Source: Moniliella sp. 'wahieum' (taxonomy: Eukaryota). From it: a DNA stretch of 64,000 bases. Below are positions 1-12,517 of this stretch, piece after piece. The DNA lies in NCBI GenBank assembly GCA_003971905.1, contig RSEE01000074.1, positions 124,001 through 188,000 on the forward strand, written 5' to 3'. A program made the position numbers and the translations under genes. The notes below the pieces were generated by a model that ran no database searches, was not told the DNA's origin, and saw nothing but the letters and a program-made list of their open reading frames with translations. Position 1 is the first letter of the stretch. Every line of letters begins with the position of its first letter.

Positions 1-567
1 GCGTGGGAGACGAGGAAAAATACCTACCGCGGTGGTACTCAGTACTCACGCCCCTTGTTACATGGAGTTCTCCCGGGGCCTTCCGGGGGTGGGAAGGGGC
101 GGGATGGTTGCTTCTGGGCATAGCACATGCATGTCACATGGGCTGTCGGGCGGAGTGGGACCTGTATGGGAAGGGGTAGGGGATAATGGTGTGCAGGACA
201 GTGCTGGGTGGCGGCGAGAGTTGGCCGCGGGTGGAGGCGCTTCGCGGCGAGGCAACCAAGAGCTGAGCTCAGCGGCTCAGCAGCCGCCAGGCGGACGGGT
301 GAGGCGATGGGTGATGGAACATGGGGTATTGAAAGTGGCACGCCTGGCGAAGCACTCTAACGCGGGCCCGCACCAGCGCAGTGTGTGGGCCAGCGCAGCG
401 CCCGCGAAAGCAGCCGCGGCAAGCGGCAGATAGCACCCACACACTGCCCTCGTGCGGGGCGCGTTGGGTCTGAGGAGGCCTGAGCGTCTGAGCTTGCGTA
501 TTTTTTTTGACTTGGCCGTTTGTCCTCCGTCGGGCAAACTCCGCTTCTGCGTCAGCCAAGACAACGA

Positions 568-573
568 TATAAA
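568..573 (+). promoter_or_regulatory. TATA box of the choline oxidase gene
   Basis: TATAAA about 60 bp upstream of ATG 634, followed by a pyrimidine-rich leader. Confidence 0.5.
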
Positions 574-633
574 CCCCCGCCCAAGCGCTCTGGCCGCCGA
601 GCTGCCATCCCACATCCCCCGCTCTCTCGCCCC

Positions 634-2552
634 ATGCGTCCACAACGCTGCTGCTGCTGCTGCCCGGCTGGCGACCATCAGCGGCCACCTCGCTCCGCCC
701 AAGACTGGCGACCGCCTCGAGTTTGACTATGGTACGTGTCCTCTAGCCTCCCATTCCCCTCCGCGATCAGTGCTGTTGTAGCTGACCCTGCTCTCTTGCC
801 AGTCATTGTCGGGGGAGGCACTGCTGGTGCTGTGTTGGCCAACCGGTTGACCGAGAACAAGAATGTCAGCGTCGCCGTCATCGAGGGTGGCCCTCGGACG
901 TGGGCCTGGACGTGCCCTCAACCTGGGCCGTGGCTGGAGATGCTCGAGGGCCCCTACGACTACAACTACCACCACCGAGCAGCCCCGTGGCAACAGCAAC
1001 ATCCACCACAGTCGCGCCCGTGTCCTCGGTGGCTGCTCGAGCCACAACACCCTCATCTCCTTCCGTCCGCTCAAGGAGGACCTGGACTGGTGGGCTCAGC
1101 AACACAACTGCCCCTCGTGGGCCGCGAGCAAGATCCAGCCGTACGGCGATAAGCTCAAGCTCAACACGGTGCCTGTCCAAGGGCAGCACCGCAACGAGAT
1201 ACGCGGGATTGGGTTGCTGCCACCAGCACCGCATGCAATGCTCCCATCATGCCCGACTTTAACGCTGCCATTGTTCAAACGACGGATTGCGCCTGCCAAC
1301 GGCAATGGTGTTGGCTTCCTTTCGATCAGTTACGATCCCTACAACCACGACCGCAGCAGCGCCTCAACCGCCTACCTGCACCCCATCATGCCCCATGCGG
1401 TCGGAGTGCTCGTCGCAACCTGCACTTCTCGAGACCTGGGCCGAGAAGCTGGTCTTTGACCGTCCGACGCCAAGCGCGTCAGTGGCGTCCAATGCGTGAG
1501 CGGGGTGGAGCAGAGTCGGTTCAGCATTCATGCCAAGCACGACGTGATTGTGTGTGCGGGCGCGATTGACTCGCCACGTCTGCTGTTGCTCAGTGGCATT
1601 GGCCCTGCGGCCGAGTCAGCAAGGTGGGTGTTCCCGTCAAGCATGACTTGCCGGTGTGGGCAAGCACTTGTCCGACCACCCCGAGACCATCTGCATGTGG
1701 TCGGTGGCTGAAAAGGATGCGCCAAGCCAGACGAGACGGTGATGACCTCCGATGCCGCCTTCTTCCTCGCGTGCCGTCCGAATTCGAGCCGAGCCAGAAC
1801 TGCACAAGAAGCAACCGAACTGATGGCGCACTGCTACCAAGTCGTCTTTGGCATGAACCTGGAACCGATGGGGTACAAGTTGCCCACCTATGCCTTTTGC
1901 ATGAGCCCAACCCCGTTCCCAGGCGCGCGGCGAGCTGACCCTGGCCAGCAGCAACCCGCAAGACAAGCCCTAAGCGACTTAATATTTGAGGACGAGCGCA
2001 AGTACGACGAGCGCATCCTCGTTGAGGGCATAAGGCGTTGTCGCAAAATGCTCAAACCGAGAGCTGAAGCACCACATTGAGGAGATTGCGCCGGGGCCCA
2101 AGGTGCAGACCGACGAGGAACTGAGCGCGTTTGCTCGTGCCGCCCACCACACTGTCTACCACCCGGCGGGCACATGCCGTATGGGCACCCCTGGCGCCGT
2201 GCGGCGGGATGGGATTGTGACGGCGGAGCAGGGCAAGCCCGACGAGACGGTGGTGGTGGACGAGAAGGACTTGCGCGTGGTAGGACTCAAGGGCTTGCGC
2301 GTGTGCGATGCCTCGGTTCTTCCCGTCTTGCCTACGGTCAACCCTATGCTCACCATTCTTATGGTCGCCGAGCGTACCGCCGACCTGATCAAAGCCGAGC
2401 AGTGGAGCACGCACCAACGTGCCCCTGCCTTAGGCCAACAACCACACCGTAAACCCTCTTGCGCTTCTCAGCCCATATGCCCTCCCCCCAGGCCTCACAC
2501 CCCCTCTCTCTCCCACTATCCTTGGCTTAGGCTCACGCGGTCACTCTTCTGA
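634..2552 (+). CDS. codA: Choline oxidase-type GMC oxidoreductase (CodA-like); one intron 732-802; several apparent indel frameshifts; true stop uncertain (about 2433-2552)
   Basis: Spliced FAD-binding start EFDY/VIVGGGTAGAVLANRLTEN (GTACGT at 732, GCTGAC at 781, CAG at 802). Motifs HSRARVLGGCSSHNTLISF, VIVCAGAIDSPRLLLLSGIGP, HHTVYHPAGTCRMG and LRVCDASVLP..PTVNPMLTILMVAER. GGCSSHN and TVYHP-GT-RMG are characteristic of choline oxidases. TATAAA at 568-573. Confidence 0.85.
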
Positions 2553-4714
2553 TTCTTACCCTTACCCTTGTCATCACGCATGTGCCTGCGTGACTTGCTT
2601 CATACCAACATTGTATCAAATGATCGATGCCTCCCGGCCGCAGAAGATACTGTAGTGATTGAGGGATAAGTCATCTCTCTCGGGCATCCATAACCACTAC
2701 AGCATGAAGCTGGGTCAAAGAAGCGCCCGATGCACTGCATGTCTCGGGCGACGTGTCATTAAGGCCGATAGACTGTGGACCGCTGGCGGTGAACATATGG
2801 ATACGAATGAGCACTGTCTTCCTCGCTTCGTCATAACCACAAAAGGAGGAGTATATACTAGGATCGCTGCCGCCGGCTAGTACTGGTACTAGTATGTATA
2901 TACTTTCTCTGGGCCATATTGCGTCCGCAAGATTCACCCTCTAGAGATGAAATCGATGAAAGTGTCAATGTTGACGTTGATGCAGGTGGGGCTTCCAAAA
3001 GAACGTCTAGAAGCCAAAGTCTTCCCACAACCCCGCTACGGCCGGGCCGCATCGGCTGAAAGAGGATGCAGTAGTGTAATGTGTTGACTTATTGGATCTT
3101 GGCGACCGCGGCAGGGTTTAAGCGTTGAGCAGTTGAGCGCGATGAGCACATCTTCTGGACGCGGCTCTCCTACTATGGCCAAGCCTTTAAAGACAACAAG
3201 TTTTGTCGCGCGTTGTGCCATATGCACGGTCGACTCTGCGTCGGGCCTCAGGGGGGTAATGTCACATGCGACCGCGGCTGGGTGGGGTTTTTGGTGGCTG
3301 CATGACTGAGCCTCAGTTCTCTTAGCGCCTCATAAGCAACCGTTCAACTTGAACGTTCAAGTTCAGGGTTACCACAGCTTCCACGGAGAACAAGTGTGAT
3401 AGGCTCACTGGCACTGAGCGTGCTAAGCGCTAGGAAGAACCACACACGCGGAACACACATCACACTTTTTCCTGGTGGGGTGGGTGTGAGCTCAGTGGTC
3501 TGACTGAGCTGTCACATGAGAGGGTGAGAGATGTAGCCCGCCGGGAAGTGGAACTGGAGGACCGGGCGAAAGGGACTGGGAAGGCAGAAAGTTATATTTG
3601 ATCCTTCTCCCTCCATGTGCATAGTCGATGAGATAATGCATGATCGATGGATATGGTGGAGAAGCACCATCTCCTCCAGCAGGGGCCCTCTCCGGCCCAG
3701 CAGTGGCTCAGCTCAGGCGCTCAACCCTGAGCGGCTCAGGATTGCCGGTGTGTGGTTGGACACACGGGTACCCCTGAGGCGGTGGCAGACTGAGGACAGA
3801 TGGGAGAATCTGCGAGAGGCTTCAGAATGAAGCATGAAGTGACTAGGACACGGTGACATGTGCATGTGACCAGATGTCGATGACTAGATGGTCGGTGTCA
3901 GTGACTTAGTAAGATCTAAGACCCGAGACTGATATGTGAGACGGGGCAAGTGGCGAGCGAGCATCAGCGCATCAGCCACAAAGCTGCCGGCCAAGCTCTG
4001 CTTGCGTTGTGAGGATGCTGGATACTGAGTACTGACGGTACTGACGCGTGATGAACTGGCCCCTCTCCGCGGCAGGTGAGATCTGAGAGGGGCGACAGAA
4101 GGCCACAGCAGGCCGCAGAGAGGCGGAGAAAGCCACACGCAGGCTCGGCGGTGCCGCCCGCGAGTGGGCCATCTGGTGGGCTGGGGTGTCCTACCGGAGG
4201 ACATCGTGTGGGCGACGCCGAGCTGGGTTCCAGTACCCGTGGTGCCTGTTACTAGTGAGCGCTGAGCGCAGGCGCCTGGCGCGTGCGCGTGAGCGCCCCA
4301 TACGGGCTTAGTAGGCGTTAGGCCTTGGGCCCTCGCCTGCCCTCGCGCCTCCTTCGGTCCAGGCTCAGCCTGAGCGCTCAGTGGGGGGCTGAGCGCGCAC
4401 ACACACACCACACTAACGTTTAACAGACACTGCCCAACACGCGCAAACGCCCCGCCCTGGCCTGGCACGCCACTTGCGCACCACACCAGTCGATCGACAA
4501 TCATTAATCACTGCTGAATCATACATTCATTGCATCAATCCTGGGCAGCACATCCTATTGTGGCTATTAATTGTGCGCCTGTGGGTGCGGGTACGTGCCA
4601 CTTCGACTCCTGTTGATCTCTCCTCCCCCCACGTCCGCCTCCCTGTACTTGTACGAACACTTCTGCGTGGCGTTGGCCATCTTTTCTGCCCCGTCCATCA
4701 CTTCCTTCCTGCCC

Positions 4715-6690
4715 ATGCACAGCGACGGTGAGCCTAGTGGGCCCAGCACGCCCGGCCCAGCGCCCATCCCCTCCTTCTATCAACCGCGCAAACCGATCAG
4801 CCAGACGGCCAACTTTGCCCAGAGCCAGTCGTCTCTCGTTGAGGCCCAGCAGTCTCTACCCCACCCCGCTCTGGTTGTTCCCGCCCCGGGGCCTTCGCCG
4901 GAGGGCAATGGCTCTGAGAGCAACAGATTGAAAACCTACGTACGATGCTCGCTCACATTGCGCCTGACGGTACGTTCCTTACCTTTGAACTCCCCATTCC
5001 ATCCTCATTATTGAAGGAGAGTTTTCTCTTTTCTGACCTTCTTTCTCGTTATTTTTCTCCACTTTGTGTCTCCAGGCCACGAGGGAAGCTTCCCCTACGA
5101 CCCCTACAGCACTGGGGCTGAGATGCCCGCCGCGCCGGGCGCGACCCACGGCAGCGACAGCAGTTGCAACATTTCCACCCCTTCGCTCGAGAATACGTCT
5201 CGCACCGAAGAGCGCACCGAGATGATCGAAACGATGGCAGAGCGCGCGGCGGGGAAACGTCCGATGCAGTCTTCTGATGCCGCTTCGCTTTCGACCGAGG
5301 CGGGAGAGGCCAGGCTGGTGGCCAACCTATCGCCGTCGGACGTACAGTTTTTCATCTCGAACCACGAGCAGGAACCTCCGTCGTTGGAAGAGCTACGGGA
5401 TCGGGTGGCGAAACAGTTCCCCTATTTGCTCCACCGGTACGAACCAGAGGCGAAAGCGCGCAAGCCGCACGAAAACCCGCCGGCGGTAGACAAAGCGGTC
5501 CGAGCTCGGTTTAAGCCGCTGACGGCAGAGGAGGAAAAAGTGCTGCTGGATTCACTGCGGGTTACGGTAGACCATGTGAGGGAGCAAAGTGTGATCCGTG
5601 GCTTGGTGGTGCTGGAGAAGCGCGAGTCGTATGGAAACCGCTCGGGCCGGAACCACCGGCTGAGAGGGCGCATCTGGTGGAGCGGGTGGAGCGAGTGCCG
5701 GAGCTGCCGTCGGCGTGGCTCTTGCCGCTCGACACGAGCGCCCACATTGCGATTGGCAAAGCCAAGAGCAAAAGACGTTCCGTCTGCCCGAGTTTGAGGC
5801 CATGGCAGGGTGCAGCGCATGCGAGACCACGGGCCAATGCATGTGCCCTCTCTGCCGTGGGGCCGAACCGGACGAGTGCTTTTGGTGCGAAGGCACCGGT
5901 ATCCGCAAGCGCAAAACCTGTGACAATTGCCACGGTCGCAAAATCCACGCTTGCCTCAAGTGCGACGCGCGCGGCACGGTTGCCTGCAAACAGTGCGGTG
6001 GCAACGGCCAAGTTTATGTTGGTGCATGTGTCGATGTCAAGTTCCGCACCGTGTCCTTGCCCCCGATCGCAGTCAAGGACCTGGTACAACCCGGGCACGG
6101 CCATGCCGCCCACCTCACCGGAAGAGGTGGTGCAATGCGCAAAGCTCAAGATGGCCCAGACCATCCATGAACTTTCCCGCACCCAAGCCAGTAAGGCCTC
6201 CCCCTCTGTTCCCGTCCTGGCTCGGTGCGTGTGGCAAAAGAGCGTGAAGCGTACCGTCTCCATCTGGCGGCCTAAGGTGGTTGAGGTTCCGGGCTCACAC
6301 AAGCTTGGCCGCCACCACCACCACCACCACCACCACGTCTCCACCCACCACAACCACCAAGAGCCCACGGACGAGGGCGACACCCATCGTTTCCTCGTCT
6401 CCTCCGACAAGACGGTGCCCGTGATAGAACTCAACGAAGCTACCGTCTCCGCACTCCATACCCCCGCTCCGTCACTGATACTCCTAACTCCGCCTCGATC
6501 TACCTGCCTTCGGGCACCAACACCCCTTCTGCCTCGGTTGCCAACCTGCAGACATTCTGGCGCGAAGGGGCGACGACGAGCCAGCGGTACCTGCCGTACC
6601 CCCTGTGCCTTCCATGTACAGCACTCCTTCCGTACCCGGAACGAGCCAGTCGCAGCTTTCCTTCGAACCGGGCCAGGGCGTGGTGGTCTA
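4715..6690 (+). CDS. SSUH2-like protein with DnaJ-type CxxCxGxG zinc-finger repeats and no J-domain; intron 4970-5075; 3' end approximate
   Basis: CSACETTGQCMCPLCRG..CFWCEGTG..CDNCHG..CLKCDARG..CKQCGGNG in ORF 5715-6170. GTACGT/CTGAC/CAG intron joins the upstream exon. Poly-His near 6314-6355. Confidence 0.6.
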
Positions 6691-7298
6691 ACTTCTGTTC
6701 GCCAGTGTCCGGCAAATCGCACCCTCTTTTCTCTCGATCGTTTTTTCTTTGTCTCCCCCAAACTCGCCCCCCACTGTCGTTTTATACTTGCTGTTCCTCA
6801 TCTCTTTTCTCTGCTTGAATTCCAGCTCCCGGGGAAATCGCGGATACGTAGAACTGGTAGTTGCGCTGGAAGGCTTGTCAGCCGCGATCGAACGAGTTGA
6901 ATCTGGGAGCATGCTCTATTGCTGGGTAGAGCGGACAGGCATCAGCGCCTCAGCTGTTCTTTGATTGTTGCGCCGCCTATATAAAAGAGGCCCACGTTTC
7001 CTGCTTCTTTTTTATCACGCGCGTAGTTTCCCCCTCAATCCTAGCAGAGGACAAGTGCCGGGGTAGAGGGCAGATTTACTACGACGCAGAGCGCAGCTTT
7101 GGTTACGCCGAGGAATAGGGTGGGGGAGGTGCTGTTAGTTGCCAGGGGGAGTGAATGGGTTTCCACGCAGAGGCGCCACTGCGAGGATAAACGTTGAACA
7201 TTGCAACCTCCCAGCTGCAGCGCTAGGGTTCCTCCTTTGCTTGAAGCGGGACGAGTAGACTGGTCTGGTGCTCCGTCGCCAGTGGCCCCGCTGGAGCG

Positions 7299-8936
7299 AT
7301 GCTAGCGACTCCCGAGACGGATAATGAGGCGGCTGGCAACACCCCCCCACTCCCCTTCTGGCCACCACCCCCGTCCCTGCTGCATCTCTTCACTTGCGGA
7401 ATGGCCCCGCCACCGCCACCGCCACTCCCGCCACTTCCTCGGCCGATTCTGCGCCTTCCCCTGCGCCCGCTGGCCCCGTCTGGCGCGTGCGCAAGGGAAT
7501 GCGGGCTGCCGATCTGGCTCCTGGAGGCATGGCAGGCCGCGAGCTGACGGCAGTGCAGCAGATCGAATCGCCGTTCCAGCTGCAGGAATATCTTCATCTC
7601 GTTCTTGCCGATGTTTCTTCCAAAGGTGCCATTAGCCACGAAGATGTGGAGCGGATTGTGCGTCTGCCGACCTCTTCGCCCGGCGGTAGCGTCAGTTCCG
7701 ACGCGGAGCTGGCACGTACGATGGGTCGATGGCTGCGAACGGGGAAGACGGGACGGACTTGCATGCGGTCGAGACGGATGTGTGGATCTACGAGCACCTT
7801 CGGCGAATCGTGCAGGACCTGGGCAGTAGCCTGGTACCCGCCTTGCAGCACGTCTGCCGTCCGCCGCAGTTTGGTGGCGATGCCCAGTGCGCTGCGATGA
7901 ACGCGGGGGATTGGATTTTTGTGTGCGGCCCATGGGATGGGGAGCGGCAATGCGCAGCGATCGATTATACCCATCATACGTTGGACGCCATCACTTCTAC
8001 CTTGGTCTCGCCCCGTCTGTTCCCCAGCCGCACCTATGTCCCCACCACCTCGCTCCGTCACTTTTCCTCCATCTCACGCCGGCTCAGTCGCATCTTTCTC
8101 CATGCACGCGAGCACCACCGGGACGTGTTTGATGCTTCCGAGGTACGTTCTGGGACTGGCATAATGCACAAGAAGAATACTGACCTGCTTGCCTTTTTTA
8201 TTGCGTGGTTGCGGGACTGCCCAGGCCGAAACTCACTTATACGACCGCTTTTACACGATCTGCAAGCGCTATGAGCTAACCCAAATCGATGGCCTTCCCT
8301 TACCCGCCAGTTTGGCCCAGTCCCAGGCCAGTTCGGCCAACGCGGAATTCGATCGAGCAGGCTCGTTTGATCGTCGTGCCTTTACAGCCCTCCGCCCGCC
8401 AGCCGGGTCAGAGACGGGGGTCCAAAAGCCCAGTGCGGATCCAGGCGAGGCACCGCAGCCGACCACCGCCGGCCCTACCCCGTTTTCGGCTGGGTGGGAA
8501 GCAGGTACGCGCCCGGTCGTCCTGCTCGACCTCGAAGCGAGTCGGATGCGTCGGCGAATTCGGCCGTGCTGAATATCTTGGGCGTACAGCCGACAAGGGC
8601 AGAGCAAGGGGAGGAGGACGCCAAGGCCCAGGCCCATGCGAGGGGCATGCCCAAGCTGATGCTATCGATCTGGCCCAGGTTGCCGATTCCACAACGAGTG
8701 GCCAGCCTGTGGCAACCCAGACCGCTGCTGTGCGGGACTCCAGCGGACCCGAGCCACGGCCGAGCTTGTTTCTGTGCCAAATGCGGCGCCATCGACGTCC
8801 CAGCCCAATCAAACGCAACCAGCCGCCGTGGCTGCCCCGGACTCCCATCCCCTCACAGGAGAGGGTGCCTGAGCCGTCTTGCCCGGCCGTTGTCGAAGCG
8901 CAGACAGGGTCTCGGACGCGGGTGGTACCGCATGAG
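7299..8936 (+). CDS. MOB3: MOB kinase activator family, Mob4/phocein (fungal Mob3, STRIPAK subunit); intron 8143-8224; 3' end approximate
   Basis: SPFQLQEYL, DVWIYEHLRRI, C.AIDYTHHTLD, FPSR, FSSISRRLSRIFLHAREHHRDVF..E/AETHLYDRF: phocein-type Mob motifs. Confidence 0.85.
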
Positions 8937-9482
8937 AGCCCACGCCATACCAGCTCTTCCGACCTACACCTCCCTGTCGCTGGGAACGTTGGGGGGGGGG
9001 GGGGGTCACGCTTGCCCTTTACCATTTATTAGGATGCACAAGCAAACTGGTTGATTTCTACAGAAGCGAAGGGAGACGATACGGGACATTACCAGTGATA
9101 CATAAAACGAAGATAAACCAAGCCGCACAGGTTCCCTAGAGGGGTCGGGATTCTTGAGCTTCTCTGGGCACGCGCGAGTGACCAGGCGGGACGGGGGCTT
9201 GAAGCGTTGGGTCGTTCGCTGGCCAACGCTTTCCGCCAGGGCTGCTGTTGCCACGCGAGCCGAGCGCCGACGGAGGCAGCTGCCCCTCAAGTGGATATCC
9301 GATCGTGGCCGCCTGTCGCTCCCCCCAACCGGGGCCCAACCGGTGATCGAGCGAGGCATGACGTTGAATCAGCGGTCAGCCAGCCCAGATCGCGTGATCG
9401 CCGTCTTGGCGCAGAGGCAACGCTCCTCGGCCAAGCTGCCGCTTGCTGCCCACCACCGCTCCTGTCTGGCATATGGCCGCCC

Positions 9483-11495
9483 ATGCCCGTCACGTCTGCC
9501 ATCCCCTCTGCTGAGCTGCCCATTCTCGAGGCGCTCGTCCACATCCGCAACCGCCTCACCGCGCTCAAAAGGACTCGGGCGAGTACATCCGCGCCCACGA
9601 TGTGCTCGACATCTACAAGGCCGTCATCAAGCAGATCACACGTCTCAATGCGGTGCGCGACGAGGCGGCCGCTGACACGGCCTCGTCGCCTGCCACTGAT
9701 GCTCCCCCCGGCCCTCCCATCGCCTCGGAGGCAGACCCCGCTGGTTCGGCCGCCACCGACAGTCCCACCCCCTCGGCGTTGCAGGAGAGCCACACGTATC
9801 CGGACGTGCCGGCGCTCAACCGGGTGGACACGACGCTGAACGATGTCTTTTCTCTCCTCTCGCTCTTCTTCCTTACCATTGGCCGCAACCGCGAGACGCC
9901 TGCGGCGTTTTGCAGCTGAGCTGCATGAAGCAGCTGGACCACCTCAGTGAGGGGGGGATCTACACGAAGCCGACCTGGACCCGTTTGCTTCTCGTCTGGG
10001 CCAACTGCGCGCGATGATTCGCAAGGAGGCGGATCTGGGCAAGCAACCGCCTGCGCTGACCAAGCTCATGATGCGCAAGTTGGAAACGTGCGATCGGGTG
10101 CTGAAGAATTTGCAGGGTACGCTCAAAGTCTTGTCGGTCGAGTTGGTGCCCATCCACCAACGCCTGATTATTGTGCGAAGACAGATCATTGCGGCCGCGG
10201 CCAGGCCCAAGATTCCTCGTGCGAGATCAAGCAACTGCAAGAGGAGCTGCGCCGGATCGATGGCAAACGGGTCGATGGCAAATTTTTGGGACCGGGCGGG
10301 TCGAGCGTGCCGGCGGGTCAGGCCATCTTGGTAGGCATCTTGGAAGAGTGTTTGAGATTTGCCACGAAATCAATGTGCGCAACGACGAGGTCCCATGACG
10401 CTCCAACCCATCTATGATCGTTTGGTCGGAATCAAAAGGGAGCTGGAGCACCTGGTGCTCACCCATCGCTGGACCCTGAGAGAGACGGACCTTTGGAACT
10501 ACAAGTAACGCTCAAGGAGATCGATCGATTGCGGGTGAATGGCAAGTTTGTCGATGCCGAGGGACAACAACCAGAAGGCCAACCAGTGCTTTTGTACCTG
10601 CTACGTCGCTGCTATGGTCTGATCTACCGCCTCGTGGCATCGAGCGAACCAATTGGGAAGAACTGATGCCGAAAGCAACAAGTTGTCTACCATTTCCAAG
10701 TGCCTCAAGGAGGTGTCCAAGTACGGAGGCCCGTACACGATGCGGGACCTGTACCCGTACCGCCTTGCTCTCTACCAGATTGATGCGATGCGGACCGAGA
10801 TCAAAGACAAGATGGCAAGGACACGGGTGTACGCAAATGGCTTGCATCCGATGGAAGTGTACCCGAGGGCCAGGCCATCCTACGCGCTCAATTCGAGGAA
10901 GTGATGCAACGATTGGGAGATGCTAAACGAAGGGTCGGATGATGATGATGATGATGATGACGATGACGACGACGACGAAGACGAGAAAATGAGGAGGAAG
11001 AAGGAGAAGAAGAGGCAGGGAGAGGAGAGCAGCGTGGAGTGGGGGTGCAAGTACCCCCAGCGATGAGGGCGCGAGTGCTGCCTGGTCAGGCTGGTCAACA
11101 AGGGTGGACCTCACCTGCATGGTCGTTCGGAGGACCAGTCGGAAGCCATGTCGCGTCCGCTCTCCCGGACATCTAGCACGAGTCGTCCTATTGTCAGTGC
11201 ATCAGCATCGACGAGCAGCTTGTCAGCTACCAGTCCCGCAGGGATGGAGAGCTACCCTAGCTTGGTCCCGGCGTCGCCGGGCTTGCATGCGCTCCGCACG
11301 GGGCTGGACAGTCTCAGTTTAGGCCAGCTGAGTGCGCTGGTGAACCCAGCGAGTTATGACCGTTCAGTCCGGCTCCGGCACCCCCCTCTGCGCCCACACC
11401 AGCCGCCCTCCTCCTTTGCGGCGGAACCGTTGACGACGCCCAGGGCGATTGACGATGCGAGTGCTTCGGGGTCGGGGTATTCCATCCAGTCCTGA
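9483..11495 (+). CDS. CUB1: UPF0662/DUF2408 family protein (YPL260W/Cub1-like) with acidic low-complexity tail; several frameshifts
   Basis: ELPILEALVHIRNRLTALK, NRVDTTLNDVFSLLSLFFLTIGRN, LSVELVPIHQRL, RVDGKFLG..VPAGQAIL, LVLTHRWTLRETDLWNY, LSTISKCLKEVSKYGGPYTMRDLYPYRLALYQID. Confidence 0.85.
10938..10985 (+). repeat. (GAT)n/(GAC)n trinucleotide microsatellite encoding poly-Asp
   Basis: gatgatgatgatgatgatgatgacgatgacgacgacgac inside the CUB1-like CDS. Confidence 0.85.
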
Positions 11496-12223
11496 TCCTC
11501 CTCGTTTCACCAGGTCGGTCCCACCACTTCTGCCCGCCCTGCACTCGGGACCGAGCCCCCGTCCCGCCGCGTCCAACCTGAGCAACCACGCCTCTCCTCG
11601 CTGGTCCCAACCTGCTCCCACTCTTCTTCCCGCGCCTCTTCGCCCATGGTTCCACGCACCACGAGCACAGGTCTCCCTCCCCCTTGCAGCGACGCTCTTG
11701 TCCCTCCTCCATGCAGCGTCCATCGCCCCTCCCCGATCCAAGGGCCGCCAGCACCGATCTGCCCTCGCCTTTGGCCGGATGGTCTTGCCCCCCCCCGTCA
11801 CAACGCTGTCTCGTCTCTGCCGCTGTGCCAGCTGCTGCGACAGCCCCCTCTCTGCTGCCTTGAGTACTACGTAGCTAGAGTCCCCCCCCCCCCCTCTTTA
11901 TTTACCTTGTTATCGTCGCTGTGCCCCCCCCCCCCCCCCCCCCCTTCTGGAACCTGCCATGAGCCCTGCGTTCTCGCCGTCCTGAGCATTCCCTCGGCCA
12001 CACTTTTGTCCGAGATCCCAACCCGACGCACCAATGTCACTTGCGACCCCGAGCTGAGGAGCTAGATCGATTGTTCCAGTGTACAGTAGGAACGGGCGGG
12101 TACACTTTTGCCCCACTTTGCCATCTCACACGGGCTGGGGCTACGGGGCGCCGTCGAAAGGCGTGCGACCCAAATGGATTTGCACTCCAGGGCGCGGCGG
12201 GAGACAGGAGATGAGGGGTGCAA

Positions 12224-12304
12224 GGAAAATGGGAAAATGGGGAAATGGGGGAATGGGGAAATGGGGGGGAAATGGGGAAATGGGGGAATGGTGAAATGGG
12301 AATG
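12224..12304 (+). repeat. Degenerate (GGGGAAAT)-type tandem repeat, G-quadruplex-prone
   Basis: About 8 imperfect units of aaatgggg between the convergent CUB1-like and J-domain genes. Confidence 0.75.
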
Positions 12305-12445
12305 AAGTAGGTATACGACCAAGAGAGCAGCTAGAGCTAGCGATGGCGTGCATTCCATTAGGGCTTGCTGTGCTGTGATGATGGAACCAGTGCGGGTGGG
12401 GGAGGGGATTGTGGTGACCAAAGTGGTGAAGGAGATGGTGGTGGT

Positions 12446-12517
12446 GGGTCTCGGGCTGGGTCTCGGGCTGGGTCCCGGGCTGGGTCTGGGTCGGGGCGGG
12501 GGCGGGGGCGGGGCGGG
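12446..12517 (+). repeat. G-rich tandem repeat (GGGTCTCGGGCT x3, then GGGGC runs)
   Basis: gggtctcgggctgggtctcgggctgggtcccgggctgggtctgggtcggggcgggggcgggggcggggcggg. Confidence 0.7.

Noticed and set aside
2400..2440. C-terminal PTS1 on the choline oxidase
   Set aside because: No frame gives an SKL-like tripeptide before a stop without invented corrections
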